Below are positions 31,861 to 46,104 of a stretch of 64,000 nucleotides of DNA, piece by piece. Position 1 is the first letter of the stretch. Every line of letters starts with the position of its first letter. Under the pieces are notes generated by a model, which was given only the letters and a program-made list of their open reading frames with translations, was not told the DNA's origin and made no database searches. A program made the translations under genes and the position numbers. The DNA comes from the human T2T-CHM13v2.0 reference genome, Homo sapiens, in the NCBI RefSeq assembly GCF_009914755.1, contig NC_060927.1, one strand, 5' to 3'.

Positions 31861-33019
31861 TGAGAGTCTATTGTTTGAATGACAATGTTATACGAATGAA
31901 GTAATAACCTCAATTATGTGAAAGTTATATTTCTGCTATAACATGGAAAAGCTGCATTTTATCTTTCATATTTAGTCCTAAAATACCAACAACTCCCTTG
32001 AAAGCTTCTTTTTTCTAGAATGAGCTAGATTTAATCTAGATAAGTATATGTGGTGGAATAAAATTCAGGCTGTCAGGAGGAAGGTACCATATAGGTTTTT
32101 ACTACACAAGGGGTAAGATCCCCAGACACTCAGTGATAAATACACTCTGGCTTGTGCCAAAGGACCCCTGTCTGTCCACAAGCCAGAATGCTGGCTGTGA
32201 GCCACCAAGATGACACTCAAGTTGATCCCCAGAGAGTAATAAGAGCTTTTGCTGTATTATCTGAATAAGATGCCAGACCAAGGAAAGGGGAGGGGAGGTC
32301 TTATCAGTGGCAGCTCAGCAGGCTGGGCTATTGGCATGGATTGTTTTACCATGGCAGTCACAGACAATAGAAGCAGACCAAGAAACATCTTTTTTATCCA
32401 TAAGTTGACACAAAGGATGTTGCTGAACTTAAATACCTTAAAGAAAGAGAGGTAAAGAGAAAAGGGATTTCATGGGACCTGACAACGATGCCTTTTAAAG
32501 GAGAAAACGAAGTAATCTTGTTTGACTTTTTTTTTAATTAAAAAGTTGTCCTCCATGAAATGCACAGCAACACTGGCAGATTCACAGGATAATGCTAGAA
32601 CAAAAGGCTTCCCCTGTGCACACAAGGAAGGCACACATCAAGTTAGCCTGGGGCCTTCTCTGAGAGGAAATTACAGAATAAAGTAAAGGAATCTTGAGTG
32701 GTTGTTGAGAAAGAAAAAAAATTCTAAAATCAGAATCTGATAAACAATTATAAGACTTAGAGTCAAAAGGGATCTTTGTTGCTATCTAGGGAAGCCTGGC
32801 AAATGTGTCAGCACATTTCAATCCCTGTGGAGGTTATTAAAAATACAGTTAATTAAGTTACAATCTACACTAACTGTGTCAGAATCTGATACTCAGACTG
32901 GTTTGGAAATCTCTAATCTAGGGCACCATAGAATAGTCACCGTACTTCTGCCCTAATACTTGTACTGCCATAACTGCTTTGGACTTCTAGCCTGGCATTT
33001 CTTCAATAATCAAGTCTAG

Positions 33020-33225
33020 CAGATAATAATAATTATTAGTAGTAGTATAGCTATGTCTTCCTATTTAATAATCAAAACAGTCCTGAAAGATAACTCTAAT
33101 CTCATTTTACAAATCAGAAAACCAAAGTGACGGGTCATTTTCCAGCACCCGGAGCTGCTAAATGACATACTCAGAATTGTAACAGAGATGGCTCCTCAGC
33201 TCACATTTGTTCCACTATACCATAT
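33020..33225 (-). mobile_element. MIR
   Basis: MIR core 'ctcattttacaaatcagaaaaccaaag'. Confidence 0.6.
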
Positions 33226-35822
33226 AGTAATAGATTGAACCAACCACATAGAATATCCGATATTAAATTTTTCAACCTACAAAAGTTATGATTTATATCA
33301 TTTAATATGAAAAGTTTGAAGTCATGAAAGAAAAAGACAAGGCACTGTATAAGAAATCACTGTAGAAAAAATAAAGCTGCATGAACATTATGTTCTACAA
33401 ATTAATCTTTTTCTTTTGGTGCATTGAAGTTTGATGATACTAGAAATAAAATTTTCTACTAACTATTGATGGGAAATTCCTTGCTTAGCTGACATTTTTC
33501 TGCTTGTGTTACTTAAGGATGAGTCAGAAGCCTGGGGCCTGGACTAAGTTGCAACAAGCTAGATGTCCAGGGAACAGCACTTTAGGAGGTACTCACTCTC
33601 TGGTGCCAAACTAGCACTTGCATTTTCTGAGGGTAAGTGGTTTCTTACACTTACGTCCTGGATGACTCCTTTGCTCAATCTAGTCCTGGCTTCACACTTC
33701 ATCCTTATTTCTCCTCCTATTCTTTTTATGCCATTTTTGTTAACTCTGTACCCAAACGATACAAAGCAGGTAATTATAATCATGAGAACCAAGTCCAAGG
33801 AAGCAAGAATTATTTGTGAATAACTCAAAATATCACTTACACTGCTTTGGGGAGAAATTACAAAGATAGAGCAGAGAAAAATGGACAGTGTGTATTTAAA
33901 ATAGAAAAAAAAACACAATTTATTTAAAAAGTGATTAAGGTTTAATTACTACACTTACTATCCATCAAGCCTATTTAAAATTGTATTTTCTTCATGCCAT
34001 AGTGATACTTGGGTTATTATAACCACAGCCATCCATTATCTATTAGATTTATGAACTGAGAACTTTTCCTATGCCCCGAATCATGCATGCACAAAAAGAC
34101 TTGATTTAGTAATCACAAAAGAAACATGTGTTTTTTAGAAGGAGGCAATCATAGAATCCTAGCATACCGGAATGGAGAATGAAAAAGGTCCTTAGAAGCC
34201 ACCTGAGACTCAGGGAGGAACACACTTTCTACTCAGCCCTCTTTCATAGAAAACAATCTTGCCTCTGTTTTAAATATCTTTTAAAAAGAGAACAAATCCT
34301 CTGTCAGACATCTTTACCAATGTCAGAGAGTATTCTTACTAGAGTGCTCTCTTCTTCTTAGCCCAAATCTTCCTTTTGCAGGTTTTTTTTTTAATCTTGC
34401 TCAGTGTCATGTAGCAACATAAGGCTATTATCATTTTTTTCCAAAAATTAGTTCTCAAATGTTGAGGAAGACTTTTATATTTGTTATAGTTATCCACATT
34501 AGACAGTCCAGGCTCTTCCAATAAGCTGGACCAAGCCAAGACCTGTTTCTCTGAAAGTATCTTGTTTTGCAGTGTGTTTTTAGAACTGTTAGTTAGATAC
34601 AAATGTTCATTCTCACTAGTCTTCTTCAATATAGTTCTGGAAGCTCTAAATAGGCATGCAGATTAGAAAAAAAAATTAAATTATTTCCATTTGCATTGCC
34701 ATGATTTTCTACATAGGAAATCCCAAAGAGTTTACAAAAGCTCTTAAACTAGTAAATAAATTCAATAAGGTGGGAGGATACAAGTTTAGCACACAAAAAT
34801 CAATTACAGTTCTGTATACTAACAACGAATATACAGAAACCGAAATTTAAAATACAATGACAATTATAATTTCTCTGAATAAAATGAAATAATTTTGTAT
34901 ATAGTTAACAAAATATGCATAGGATTTGTTTGCTAAAAATTACAAAATACTGATGAGAAAAATCAAAGACCTAAATAAATGGAAACACATAAAAAGTGTA
35001 TGGATTGGCAGACTCAACATGATGAAAATGTCATTTCTCCCCAAATTTATTTATAAGTTTAATTCACTGCCTATCAAAATCTCAACAAGGTATTTTAGTA
35101 AACATAAGCTTATTCTAAGACACAGGTCATAGAATAGCTAAAGAAAGCTTGGCAAAGTAGAATAAACTCAATATTCAGGCTTAGTATATACCTATGGTAA
35201 CCAAGACAGTATGGTATTGACAGAGGAATAGACACATAGGTCTACTGAACACATAGTGTACTAAAAAACAGACCCACACAAATACACTCAAATGATTTTT
35301 TATAAAGGTAAAAAACTAACTCAGTGGAGGAAGGATAGCCTTTTCAACAAAAGGTGCTGGAACTATGAAATATCCATAGACAAATAAAAGTATCAACAAT
35401 GATATCTCACTTTTTTACATAAAATTAATTCAAATGAATCACCAAATTAGATATAAAATATAATTCAACAAAAATTTTAGGAAAAAATTGGAGAAAAATC
35501 TTTAGAATGAAGGGCTAATCAAAGATTGTTATACGAGGCACCAAAAGTAGAATCCATAAAAGTAAAAAAATATAAATTGGATCTCATCAGAATAAAAACA
35601 TTTCCTCTCTGAAAGCCCATGGGAAAAAGATGAAAACCCAAACTACACATGGGAGAAATGTTTGCAAACCATATATCTAACAAATGACTAGAATTTAAAA
35701 TATGTAAATAACTAGTCGTTAGTACCCAACAGTTAAATACATAACAAAGAAACAAGCATTTCAATTGTAAAATGAGCAAAATACCTTTTGTTGAAGATGT
35801 GCAGAAGAGAATATACAGATAA

Positions 35823-38202
35823 TTATATGGTTTGGGTGTGTCCCCACCCAAATCTCATCCTGAATTGTAATTCCCATAATCCCTATGTGTCATGGGAAGA
35901 ACCTGATGGGAGGTAATTTAATCATGGGGACAGTTACCCTCATGCTGTTATCATGATAGTGAGCAACTTCTCATGAGATCTGACGGTTTTATGAGGGGCT
36001 TTTCCCTGCTTTTGTTTGGCACTTTTCCTTCCTGCTGCCATGTAAAGAAAGACATGTTTGCTTCTACTTTCTCCATTATTGTAAGTTTCCTGAGGCCTCC
36101 CCAGCCATGCTGAACTGTGAGTCAATTAAACCTCTTTCCTTTACAAATTACCTAGGTTTGGGAATGTCTTTATTAGCAATGTGAGAATGGACCAATACAG
36201 TAAGTTGGTACCAGAAGTAGGGTGCTGATATAAAGAAACCTGAAAATGTGCAAGCAGCTTTGGAACTGGGTAACAGTCCAAGGTTGGAACTGTTTGGAGG
36301 GCTCAGAAGAGACAGAAAAATGTGGGAAAGTTTGAAACTCCTTAGAGACTTGGAAAGTTCAGAAGACAGGAAGATGTGGGAAAATTTGGAACTTACTAGG
36401 TATTTATTGAATGGCTTTGACCGAAATGCTGATAGTGATATGGACAACAAAGTCCAGAATGAGGTAATCTCAGATGGAGATGAAGAAATTGTTGGGGACT
36501 GGAGCTAAGGTGACTCTTGTTATGCTTTAGCAAAGAGACTGGCAGCATTTTGTTCCTGTCCTGTCCCAAAGTCCCTGTGAATCTTTGAACTTGAGAGAGA
36601 TCATTTAGGGTATCTGGCAAAACAAATTTCTAAGTGACAAACCCAAAGCATTCAAGAGGAAGCAGAGCATAAAAATTTGGAAAGTTTGCAGACTTATGAT
36701 GCAATAGAAAAGAAAAACCCATTTCCTGAGGAGAAATTCAAGCCTGCTGCAGAAATTTGCATAAGCAACAAAGAGCCGAATGTTAAACCCCAAGACAATG
36801 GGGAAAATGTCTCCAGACATTTTGTCAGAGACCTTCACAGCAGCCCCTCCCATCACAGTCCCAGAGGCTTAGGAGGGAAAAATGGTTTCATGGGCCAGGC
36901 CCAGGCCCCCCACTGCCAGGCACAGGGCCCCCCTGCTCTGCATAGCTTCAAGACATAGTTCCCAGCATCCCAGCTGCTTCAGCTCCAGCCATGGCTAAAA
37001 GGGGCCAAGGTACAGCTCAGGCCATGGCTTCTGATGTTGCAAGCTCCAAGCCTTTACAGCTTCCATGTGGTGTTGAAGCCTGTGGGTGCACAGAAGTCAA
37101 GAATTGAGGTTGGGGAACCTTGGCCTAGATTTCAGAGGATGTATAGAAATGCCTGGATGTCCAGGCAGAAGTTTGCTGCAGGGGTGGAGCCCTCATGGAG
37201 AACCTCAGCTAGAGCAGTGCAGAAGGGAAATATAGGGTTGGAGCTCCTACACAGAGTCCCCACTGGGTCACTGCCTAGTGGAGCTGTGAGAAGAGGGCCA
37301 CCATCCTGTAGACCCCAGAATGGTAGATTCCCCCAACAGCTTGCACTGTGCACTGGAAAAGCCACAGAAACTCAATGCCAGCTGTGAAGGAACATGGTAG
37401 GGGGGCTGTACCCTGCAAAGCCATAGGAGCAGAGCTACCCAAGGCCATAGGAATCCCCCTCTTGCATCAGTGAGACGTGGATGTGAAACATGGAGCCAAA
37501 GGAGATTATTTTGGAGTTTTATGGATTAATGACTACCCTCTTGCCTTTCAGACGTACATGGGGCCTGTAGCCTCTTTGTTTTGGCCAATTTCTCCCATTT
37601 GGAACAGGTGTATTTACCCAATGCGTGTACCTCATTGTATCTAGGAAGTAACTAAATTGCTTTTGATTTTACAAGCTCATAGGCAGAAGGGACTTGCCTT
37701 GTCTCAGATGAGTCTTGGATGTTTGAGCTAATGCTTGAATGAGTTAAGATGTTGGGGGACTGTTGGAAGGGCATGATTGTGTTCTGAAATGTGAGAACAT
37801 GAGATTTGGGAGGGGTCAGGGCAGAATTATATGGTTTGGCTCTGTCCCTACCCAAATCTCATCTTGAATTATAGTTCCCATAATCCCCATGTGTTGCGGG
37901 AGGGACCTGGTGGAAGGTAATTGAATCATGGGGGCAGTTACCCTCATGCTATTCTTGGGATAGTGCGTGAGTTCTCATGAGATCTGATGGTTTTATAAGG
38001 GGCTTTTCCCTCTTTTACTGGGCACTTCTCCTTGCTGCCACCATGTTAAGAAAGACGTGTCTGCTTCCCCTTCTGTCATGATTGTAAGCTTCCTGAGGCC
38101 TCCATAGTTATGCTGAACTGTGAGTCAATTAAACTTCTTTCCTTTATAAATTACCCAGTCCCACTTATGTCGTTATTAGCAGTGTGAGAATGGATTAAAT
38201 CA
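35823..38202 (+). mobile_element. Complete MaLR provirus, THE1C-like (LTR 35823-36199, internal 36200-37826, LTR 37827-38202)
   Basis: Two direct ~376-bp LTRs; purine-rich PPT 'gggaggggtcagggcagaa' before the 3' LTR; MaLR ORF remnants (MWESL.., EEKFKPAAEICISN). Confidence 0.95.
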
Positions 38203-38728
38203 GATTCCATATAAGCACATGAAAAGATATTCAACATCATTAGCTGTGTTCAGCCATCACAGAAACACAAATTAAAAGCACAATGATATATCACTACACA
38301 ACTATCAGAATGGCTAAGACAAAAAGTAGTGACAATTCCAAAAGCTGGCAGGGATTCAGAAAAACTGGATCACTCCTATATCATGGAGGATAATTTAAAA
38401 TTGAACAGCCATTCCAGAAATCAGCTTGACAGTTTCTTATAAAACTAAGCATGAAATTACCATATGACCCAGCAATTGCATGTTTGGGCATCTATCCTAG
38501 AGAAATGAAAACTTTATTTTCACAAAAAGACCCACAAAAATATTCAAAACAGCTTTCTTTCTTATAGCCAAAAACTGGAACCCATCTAGATACTCTGTAA
38601 TAGATGAATGTTTAAAGAAATTGTGGGTCATATCATCAAATACATCAACAAAACGGAATGACCTGTTGGGGAAAGCAAGAACTTGAAAGGATTTCTAGGA
38701 ATTTATGCTAAGTAAAAAAAAAAAAATC

Positions 38729-39026
<298 letters not shown>

Positions 39027-39089
39027 TCAAAAAGTGATAGACTGTATGATTCCATTTTATGACATTTTTCAAATGATACCAATTTTTTT

Positions 39090-39488
39090 AAATTTTACTT
39101 TAAGTTCTGGGATACATGTGCAGAACATGCAGGTTTGTTACATAGGTATACATGTGCCATGGTGGTTTGCTGCACCCATCAACCCATCATCTAGCTTTTA
39201 AGTCCCGCATGCATTAAGTATTTGTCCTAATGCTCTGTCTCCCCTTGTCCCCCTCCCCCTGACAGACCCTGATGTGTGATGTTCCCCTCCCTGTGTCCAT
39301 GTGTTCTCATTGTTCAACTCCCACTTATGAGTGAGAACATATGGTGTTTGGTTTTCTGTTCCTGTGTTAGTTTTCTGAGAATGATGGCTTCCAGCTTCAT
39401 CCATGTCCCTGCAAAGGACATGAACTCATTCTTTTTTATGGCTGCATAGTATTCCATTGTGTATATGTGCCACATTTTCTTTATCCAG
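39090..39488 (-). mobile_element. L1PA8-like 3' end (about 400 bp)
   Basis: Antisense L1PA 3'UTR; TSD-like tacca(a)tttttt at about 39077 and 39489. Confidence 0.9.
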
Positions 39489-40365
39489 TACCATTTTTTA
39501 AAGCAAGCATAGATTAATGGTTACTGGCGTTTAGGGACAGGAGACAGGGCACAGGAGGGAGGGAGGTGTGGATCTTAAAAGGGCAACACAAGGGGTCTTT
39601 TGGGTGTTGGAACTGCGGTGACTTGACTGTGGTGGTGATGGATACACAAGTCTTCATAGATGTCAAAATTTGATAGTACTTAATACATACACATACCCAA
39701 CTGCAGATATAACTGGGGAAGTCTGAATAAGATTTGGATATATTTTGGTTGTGAAATCATAATTTTTAAAATTGTTACTATTAGAGAAAACTGTCCCATG
39801 TTTTTCCAAGAGGCTTTCTTGTCTCAGTTTTCTTTCAGTTCTTGAACACATCAGAGAGTTTCAACCAGGTACTAATTTTTGCCACATTTAAGTTTCTATA
39901 GACTCGAAGAAAGCAAATGACTCCTCACTTAACATGCTAGCAATAGCAGCATAGGCAGGTCCCAGATACAGCAACAATGAAACAATAACTAGTAATTACC
40001 TTATTGTAGGCTATGGGGATTGAAGTGAAAAACATAGAAACCCAAATCCTCAAATCCAGGGTTTGCTTGAAAATTAATGTAGGACTTTTCAAAAGGTAAG
40101 TATCTCTTTTATTTGATGTGAAGGAAAAAAGCCTTATTTCTGTATGTGCATAATTCATGCTGTGTGGATGTAATTTTTATTGCAAAAATGAGATGTCCTT
40201 ATGCAACAGAACAAGTTATTTTTTATTTGTAAAATGTGTGGAAAGTCAAGCACAGGCTATGGCAATAGCATGGAGAAGGTTTCTCTCCTGGAATTAAAAT
40301 CTTACAAAAAGGGTCCTGAGGGATGGGTGAAGATGCAGAAAGTTACTTAAGGTAGGTTAGTTAGT

Positions 40366-40557
40366 CTTTTTTAAATGTGTATAAATTTAAGAGGTACAAG
40401 TGCAATTTTGTTACATGGTTATATTGTTATATTGTGTAGCATTGAAGTCTTGGCTCTTCGTGTAACAAGTGCCTAAATAATGTACATTGTACCTATTAAG
40501 TAATTTAAGTAATTTCTCATCCCTCACCCCCTCCCACCTTCCCAGCCTTCTGAGTCC
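40366..40557 (-). mobile_element. L1PB-like 3' end fragment
   Basis: 'ggtacaagtgcaattttgttacatgg...aatttctcatccctcacccccctcccacc'. Confidence 0.75.
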
Positions 40558-43500
40558 AAAGATTATAACCAAATAGAGACCAACAGGAAGGTAAGATGGA
40601 GTCAGATTGGTATTTTAGACCTCCCTATGGAGTCAGATTGGTATTTTAGAACCAAAAAAGTGAGTCAAGATGCTTATAAACTTGTGGCTGCTGTTGGTGG
40701 AAAAAGTAAAGAAAACTATCTGTTCACAACTACACCAAGCTATAAACCTTAGAAAGTTGGCACCTCTCATGGCTAGAAATCAATGCTTTGTAAAATGCAC
40801 TGGCTTAAAATTTCTTGCATTTTTAAATTGATCTTTTGTTGCTTTCGACAAACCTCTTGACATTCTGTTGTTCTTAACTGTGAAGAGGATTTTGTCTGCA
40901 TTTAGGCCTGAGTTTTTAAGAGAGAGAGAGAGAGCAATGTCCCTTAGGGAAAAACCAGTGGCAATGGATTCCCAGTAAAGTGCCCAAGAGAAAGATAAAT
41001 CTCATAGAGAAGAAAGATCAGGGCTCCTGCTGGAGCCGGAACTCTCTGTTTGTGAAGTTTTGGAGTTCACATGCTTTTATCCTAAGACTACAGTTTTTTC
41101 CACCCCGCTCCCCCTTGCCTTTTTACTCCCAAAGTCTATTGCTAATACCAAGAAGCATTTGCTCTGAGGCTTCATTTTGAGTCTGCTATAGTTTACAACC
41201 CAGTTTCTGCTCTCACTCTTCTGAGTCACACTTTCTAGATTGCTGCAGTCATAGTCTGCTGATGATCCAAAGTCATTTTCCATCACTTGCTTCTTAGAGG
41301 ACTTCACATTCAAGGTGGTATCATTTACTGATGCACTAGTATGGAAGCAGGAGGTGCTGAATATAAAAGAAAGAAAATTTATACTCCTGTCCTTGGAAAG
41401 TTTATAGTCATGAAAAGGGCTTGGGAAGGTTTAGAAAGCAATTTGCAAATAGATATATTAATATTGTGAAAACAGAGTACTATATTAAGGCCAGGGACAA
41501 TCTAACAAGCAAAGGAACAATAATGAAAATAATAACTAGACTTATAAAGTCTTTTCTAATTTATCAGTTCCTCCCTAGCCTTATCTCACTGGTTACAACC
41601 CTGTCAAATAAAGACCTAATGCTTTATTAAATCTCTATTTTGCTGATGTAGCAAAAAAATTGGGGCTCAGAGTTTGTCACTGTTGTGGCCAGCCTGAGAC
41701 TCTGGGCCCTTGTTTTTCTTTCTACATGCCACCTTCTCAATAAAAGGAGATGGGATGGATTTGGGACATAGGTGCGTTTGGAATAGGATTCTATGGGAAG
41801 TAAAATTATGTACAATGTCAGGCAGACATGGAGAGAACATTGTGGTGTGCTATTAATCTTAAAGTAAACAAATAAAAGCAGAAACTCTCTGTACAAATGC
41901 AGAAACTATTTTTTATTTTTAAAAAATTGAATAATGCAGACCACCTGTTCGGTTGAGAGACAGTTTCTGTGGACTTATCCTTTCTCTCTGTGTTTGATAA
42001 CTTTATATTTCTTAAATGTATAACTTGAAGAAATCAGGCAATCAATCTACTCTCCTTGTCCCATACATAAATGGGGCATAATAGCAACATTTTCATTGGT
42101 GAAAACTAACTCAAAAGAGTTCAATTCTTATAAAGATCAATCTTCAATATGTCTCTTTGCAGCAAGGAGAAGGCCAGTATTAACTTTCATGAGGCTGCAT
42201 AAGGAGACGGTGATACATGAGTTCTTTCTGAAGTAAAAAGTAGCCTAGGCAAACTATGAACTGTTTCACAGGGATAAAAGCTATGGCCATGTGATTTACA
42301 TAATAAGCTACAGCATTCCCTTCAAACTAAGGTTCTCTGCATCACACCTTAAGAGCAACATAAGTAAAACAGAGAAGCAGGGAGAGGCACGGAAGAAAAA
42401 GTGATAACCTTTCCTAGACTCAAAGGGCAGCTATATATATGTTGGGGAAGAATCTCTATGTTTTTTAATATCAGTGTTAAAGGTCATATCCATCTGTCTC
42501 TGGGGGGGAAATGAGTTTTCCCTTCCATAGTTAGAATTTCATTTCTATCTTCATTGAATGAAGTCCACAACCTAAAATGCCACGCAGGTAAGTAGAGAGA
42601 GATGCAGTATTAGTCTATAATTTGCAACATCCATCACATTTCATCAGTGTAGAAATGTTACAAAATGTGCAGACCCAACTGACAGGATTGCCAAGGGAAC
42701 CTCCTCCTTCATTGTGCTTCCATCCTTCTCTGCTTGCCTTGCACGTCCAACCCCAGTGCACTACTTTTTGCCAGTGCATTATTTTGGGATTGTATCATCA
42801 GCTATTTATGGAGCAGCTATTCTGTCCTAAGAATGTGCTGCCCTGACAGATGAGAGATTAGTGAGATGTAGTCCCTGACCCCAAGAGGCTGAATGGTTAA
42901 AACAATCTAGGTGGCCTTGAACAGCACAATCTTATATATGGTGAAGGGCTACACTGCAAGCACAGAAAGTGTTCTGAAATGCAATATAGCAAATTAAAAA
43001 GAACTAAATATTGAGGGTTTGGAGGTCTTTGCTATATTACTCATTTTCTCCTACTAAGATATGGCCATAAATATTATCTGTCTGTACCTTAATGAATGTA
43101 TCTGCAGTATGTAAATAATATCAGCTGCCTGGCCTACAGTGGGACACTATTGTGAAGGACACATGAGTTCATGCACTTTGATGAGAGTTTTAAATGATAT
43201 ATCTGAAAGATGGAAGCAGTTAAGAATGAGAATTAAAGTGAGCAGTAGCTAGAAAGAGGCCAGGAGGCTAACTATGGGTCTAGTTATAAAGCAAAGAAAC
43301 TCAGACTAAGATGAGAAAAACTGTCAGCAGAGGAAAGAATTGAGCAGGTAGGCAGAATGAAGCAGAGATGCCAGGAGACGGTCCATGAAGAGAGAGAGTG
43401 GAAGAGGCGAGAGAGGAGAGAGAGTGGTGTAAAGTTGGAGAGCAGGAGGCAGATGTAACACGGTATAGCAGTCTGTCAGAATGCAAGCCAATGAAAGGTA

Positions 43501-44748
43501 GAGAGCATCTTTGAATTCACCTACAGTACTGAAAATAGTGTGCTATGTATTGCACCTATAGTAGACACTCAATTCATATTTGCTGAAATAAAAATCTTGC
43601 CATATTAGGAGATCTTTTGGCTCTTTTGCCAAAATCATCAGAGGGATACATTTTAATTTCTTATAAAATTACCCCTCCTGTCATTCTCCTTCAGGATCTA
43701 TTCACACCGAGCAAATGAAATTCAGTTTCTTTGAGAAGTGCAGCAAGCTGTAAACACACATATTATAAACGTCAAAATAATATTGACTTCAAAATAATAG
43801 TTATTAGGTATTACAAATAGTTATAATTATTGAGAAAATATAGTAACTGAGTATGAGACCTCTCAGAAGCTGAGTGAATTTAGGCAAAAAATTATGTTTG
43901 TCAGAGTAAATTATTGAGACATTCATTTGTGTGAGGTGTATATGTTTCTTTTTTGTAATCTGCAGTCCTCTGTTTCAAGAAGATAGACAGATATTCATGT
44001 CCTTATAGCACAGGGTTGATGCTGTTGCAGGGAACTTATCATGACCACGTCAACATTTATTCCTGAGGAAGGTGGGAAATCATGTAATGCCTTTGAGGAG
44101 GAAGGCAAGTTCTTGAAGAGAACAGGAGAGAACAGAGGCAGAATAGATTTCCCAAGTCAGGAGAGGAAAAAAGCCCTGCAAAATCTGGGGATGTTTGCCC
44201 TACATTTTGGCAGAGCCTTGGGGAGGTAGAAAATCCTGGGACAGAGCTGGCTGCCTGGTGCATCTCCAGAGGGTTAGCAGTAGAAGTTCAGCCTCTATGT
44301 ATGACAAAGGTATTTCTGCCCAGGTGTGGCACAAAAGCAATACAGACACCTCCCTCCAGGGACCATATAGGTTTAGGAAATGAAAACATCATATGCGGAT
44401 CGCAAAACACAGTGCTCTCCCCAAAAGGCCTACTTTGAGTAAAACTCCTAGAATCATTTCATGCTCCCCCAAAAAGAATCCCAGTTAAAAACAGAAAATC
44501 AAATTTCTCTTTAACTGTAGGAAATGAAATAATTCAATGTCATATTTGATTCTATATTAGAAAAACAGACTACCTGAATATGAATCTTTAATAGCTGACC
44601 ATCTGATTATTTTTTCCTGCTAACATTTAAGAATCATGTTTTTGGTGGGATATTTTCTCTAAGACACATATTGGGTAGAAACATGAAACTTGGCAATCCC
44701 TTAAACACAAATTTCTAGAGAAAACAAGGAGTGCTTCCTTAAATATAC

Positions 44749-45650
44749 TGTCAAAACATGGTTTTAACAAATTTTTAGTTTAAAGATCTAATTGGCTTTT
44801 TTTAGTGAATCTAGAATTGGGCAGCAGTTATTCTATAATATAGAATAATACAGAATAAGTGCTCTAATGAGTTCATTAGAAAAGGTGGGCTTTATGGACA
44901 GAAAGTGGCTCAATAAAGCCAAAATAAAGAACATAAAATGGATTGACAATTTCAAAGTTTCTTTCCTTATAGGGATAAAGCAGAGGGGACTTTCTTATCA
45001 TGCCAGCTAGAACACGGTGAGAAAGTAGATTTTGCTATTATCTCTCTTTCTCTATTTCTCTTCCTGATTTTTCAGAAGGCCAAATAAATGACTTAATTTT
45101 CGTTTGGTGAGTGACTCCATTTTGGTCTGTTGGGACACGGTGCAGGAGCTGAGTACAAAACTATGGCCTCCCACACATTTTGTTTAACAATATTCTCCTT
45201 TTGCTCAGATCTCACCTAGTTAAGAGTGTGACCAAAACTTATAGCATCAGTGCTATTGCCAGTTACCATCATTTTTTGTTTTTCAGTCACAACATGTCAG
45301 AGGTTACAGAGTCTTTGTTACTACTCGTTTGAGTTTTTATCACTCTAGACAAAGGGAGACCATTTGGCATTAAGCAAATGACTGCATGCAGGCAATTAAA
45401 ACTTTTGAGAAGATATAATACATCAGGAAGAATACTATTATGACTGCCAGGAGGATAATACTGAGTTTGGAGTATGTATGTTCCTTAACCAAGGTCCCCA
45501 TGAGTCAAACCAGCTAATATGGAACAGATCAAAGAATGAGGCCAACAAGAAATCCACCTGAGCAAGTAACCTGTACATTACTTTTCTGAAGAGTCTTTAC
45601 AATACTCAACATATTTATCCATATGCAACAGCAAGTGTTAGCAACTGCAA
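44749..45650 (-). mobile_element. ERV1 (MER4-group) 3' LTR (44749-45189) plus adjacent internal fragment
   Basis: TG..CA termini; minus-strand PPT 'aaaaggagaatat' abutting the LTR start TGTTAAACA. Confidence 0.7.
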
Positions 45651-46104
45651 AATACAGTGGGAAGAAAGATGGGTCAGTTTTATTATACTTACAATATGAT
45701 CAAGGGTAAGAGGATCTCATAACTGCAGGTTTGCTGATGAGATTGGAACTCTTAAATCTGAGCCATATTCAGTGCTTACATGCAGGCATGTTTGGGCTGG
45801 TCTGGCAGTCTGATGGCATTGGCCTGCCAGGAGCCTATTTACATAAGGATTCAGGGACTCTTTGGGGTGGACACTTATTCTAAAGAAAGGACGGGCAGAC
45901 CGAATGGTTAAACAGAGCCATTGTTATCAACCAGAGAAGTCACTCTGAGTATAACTTGGTGTTTGTAAGTTGGAATTGCCTTCCAGCTAAATTCCTATGA
46001 ACCTATGTCTCATTCTAAGGAGAAGAGAAAACTGAAAAACCAATTTGTTCATTTCTTCTAAGTTACTAGGACACAGGGTTGCTGTGCAATAGATTTAAAA
46101 AGAA

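Noticed and set aside
36248-37387. ORFs of 86-117 aa
   Set aside because: Broken remnants of the MaLR internal ORF, not a host gene
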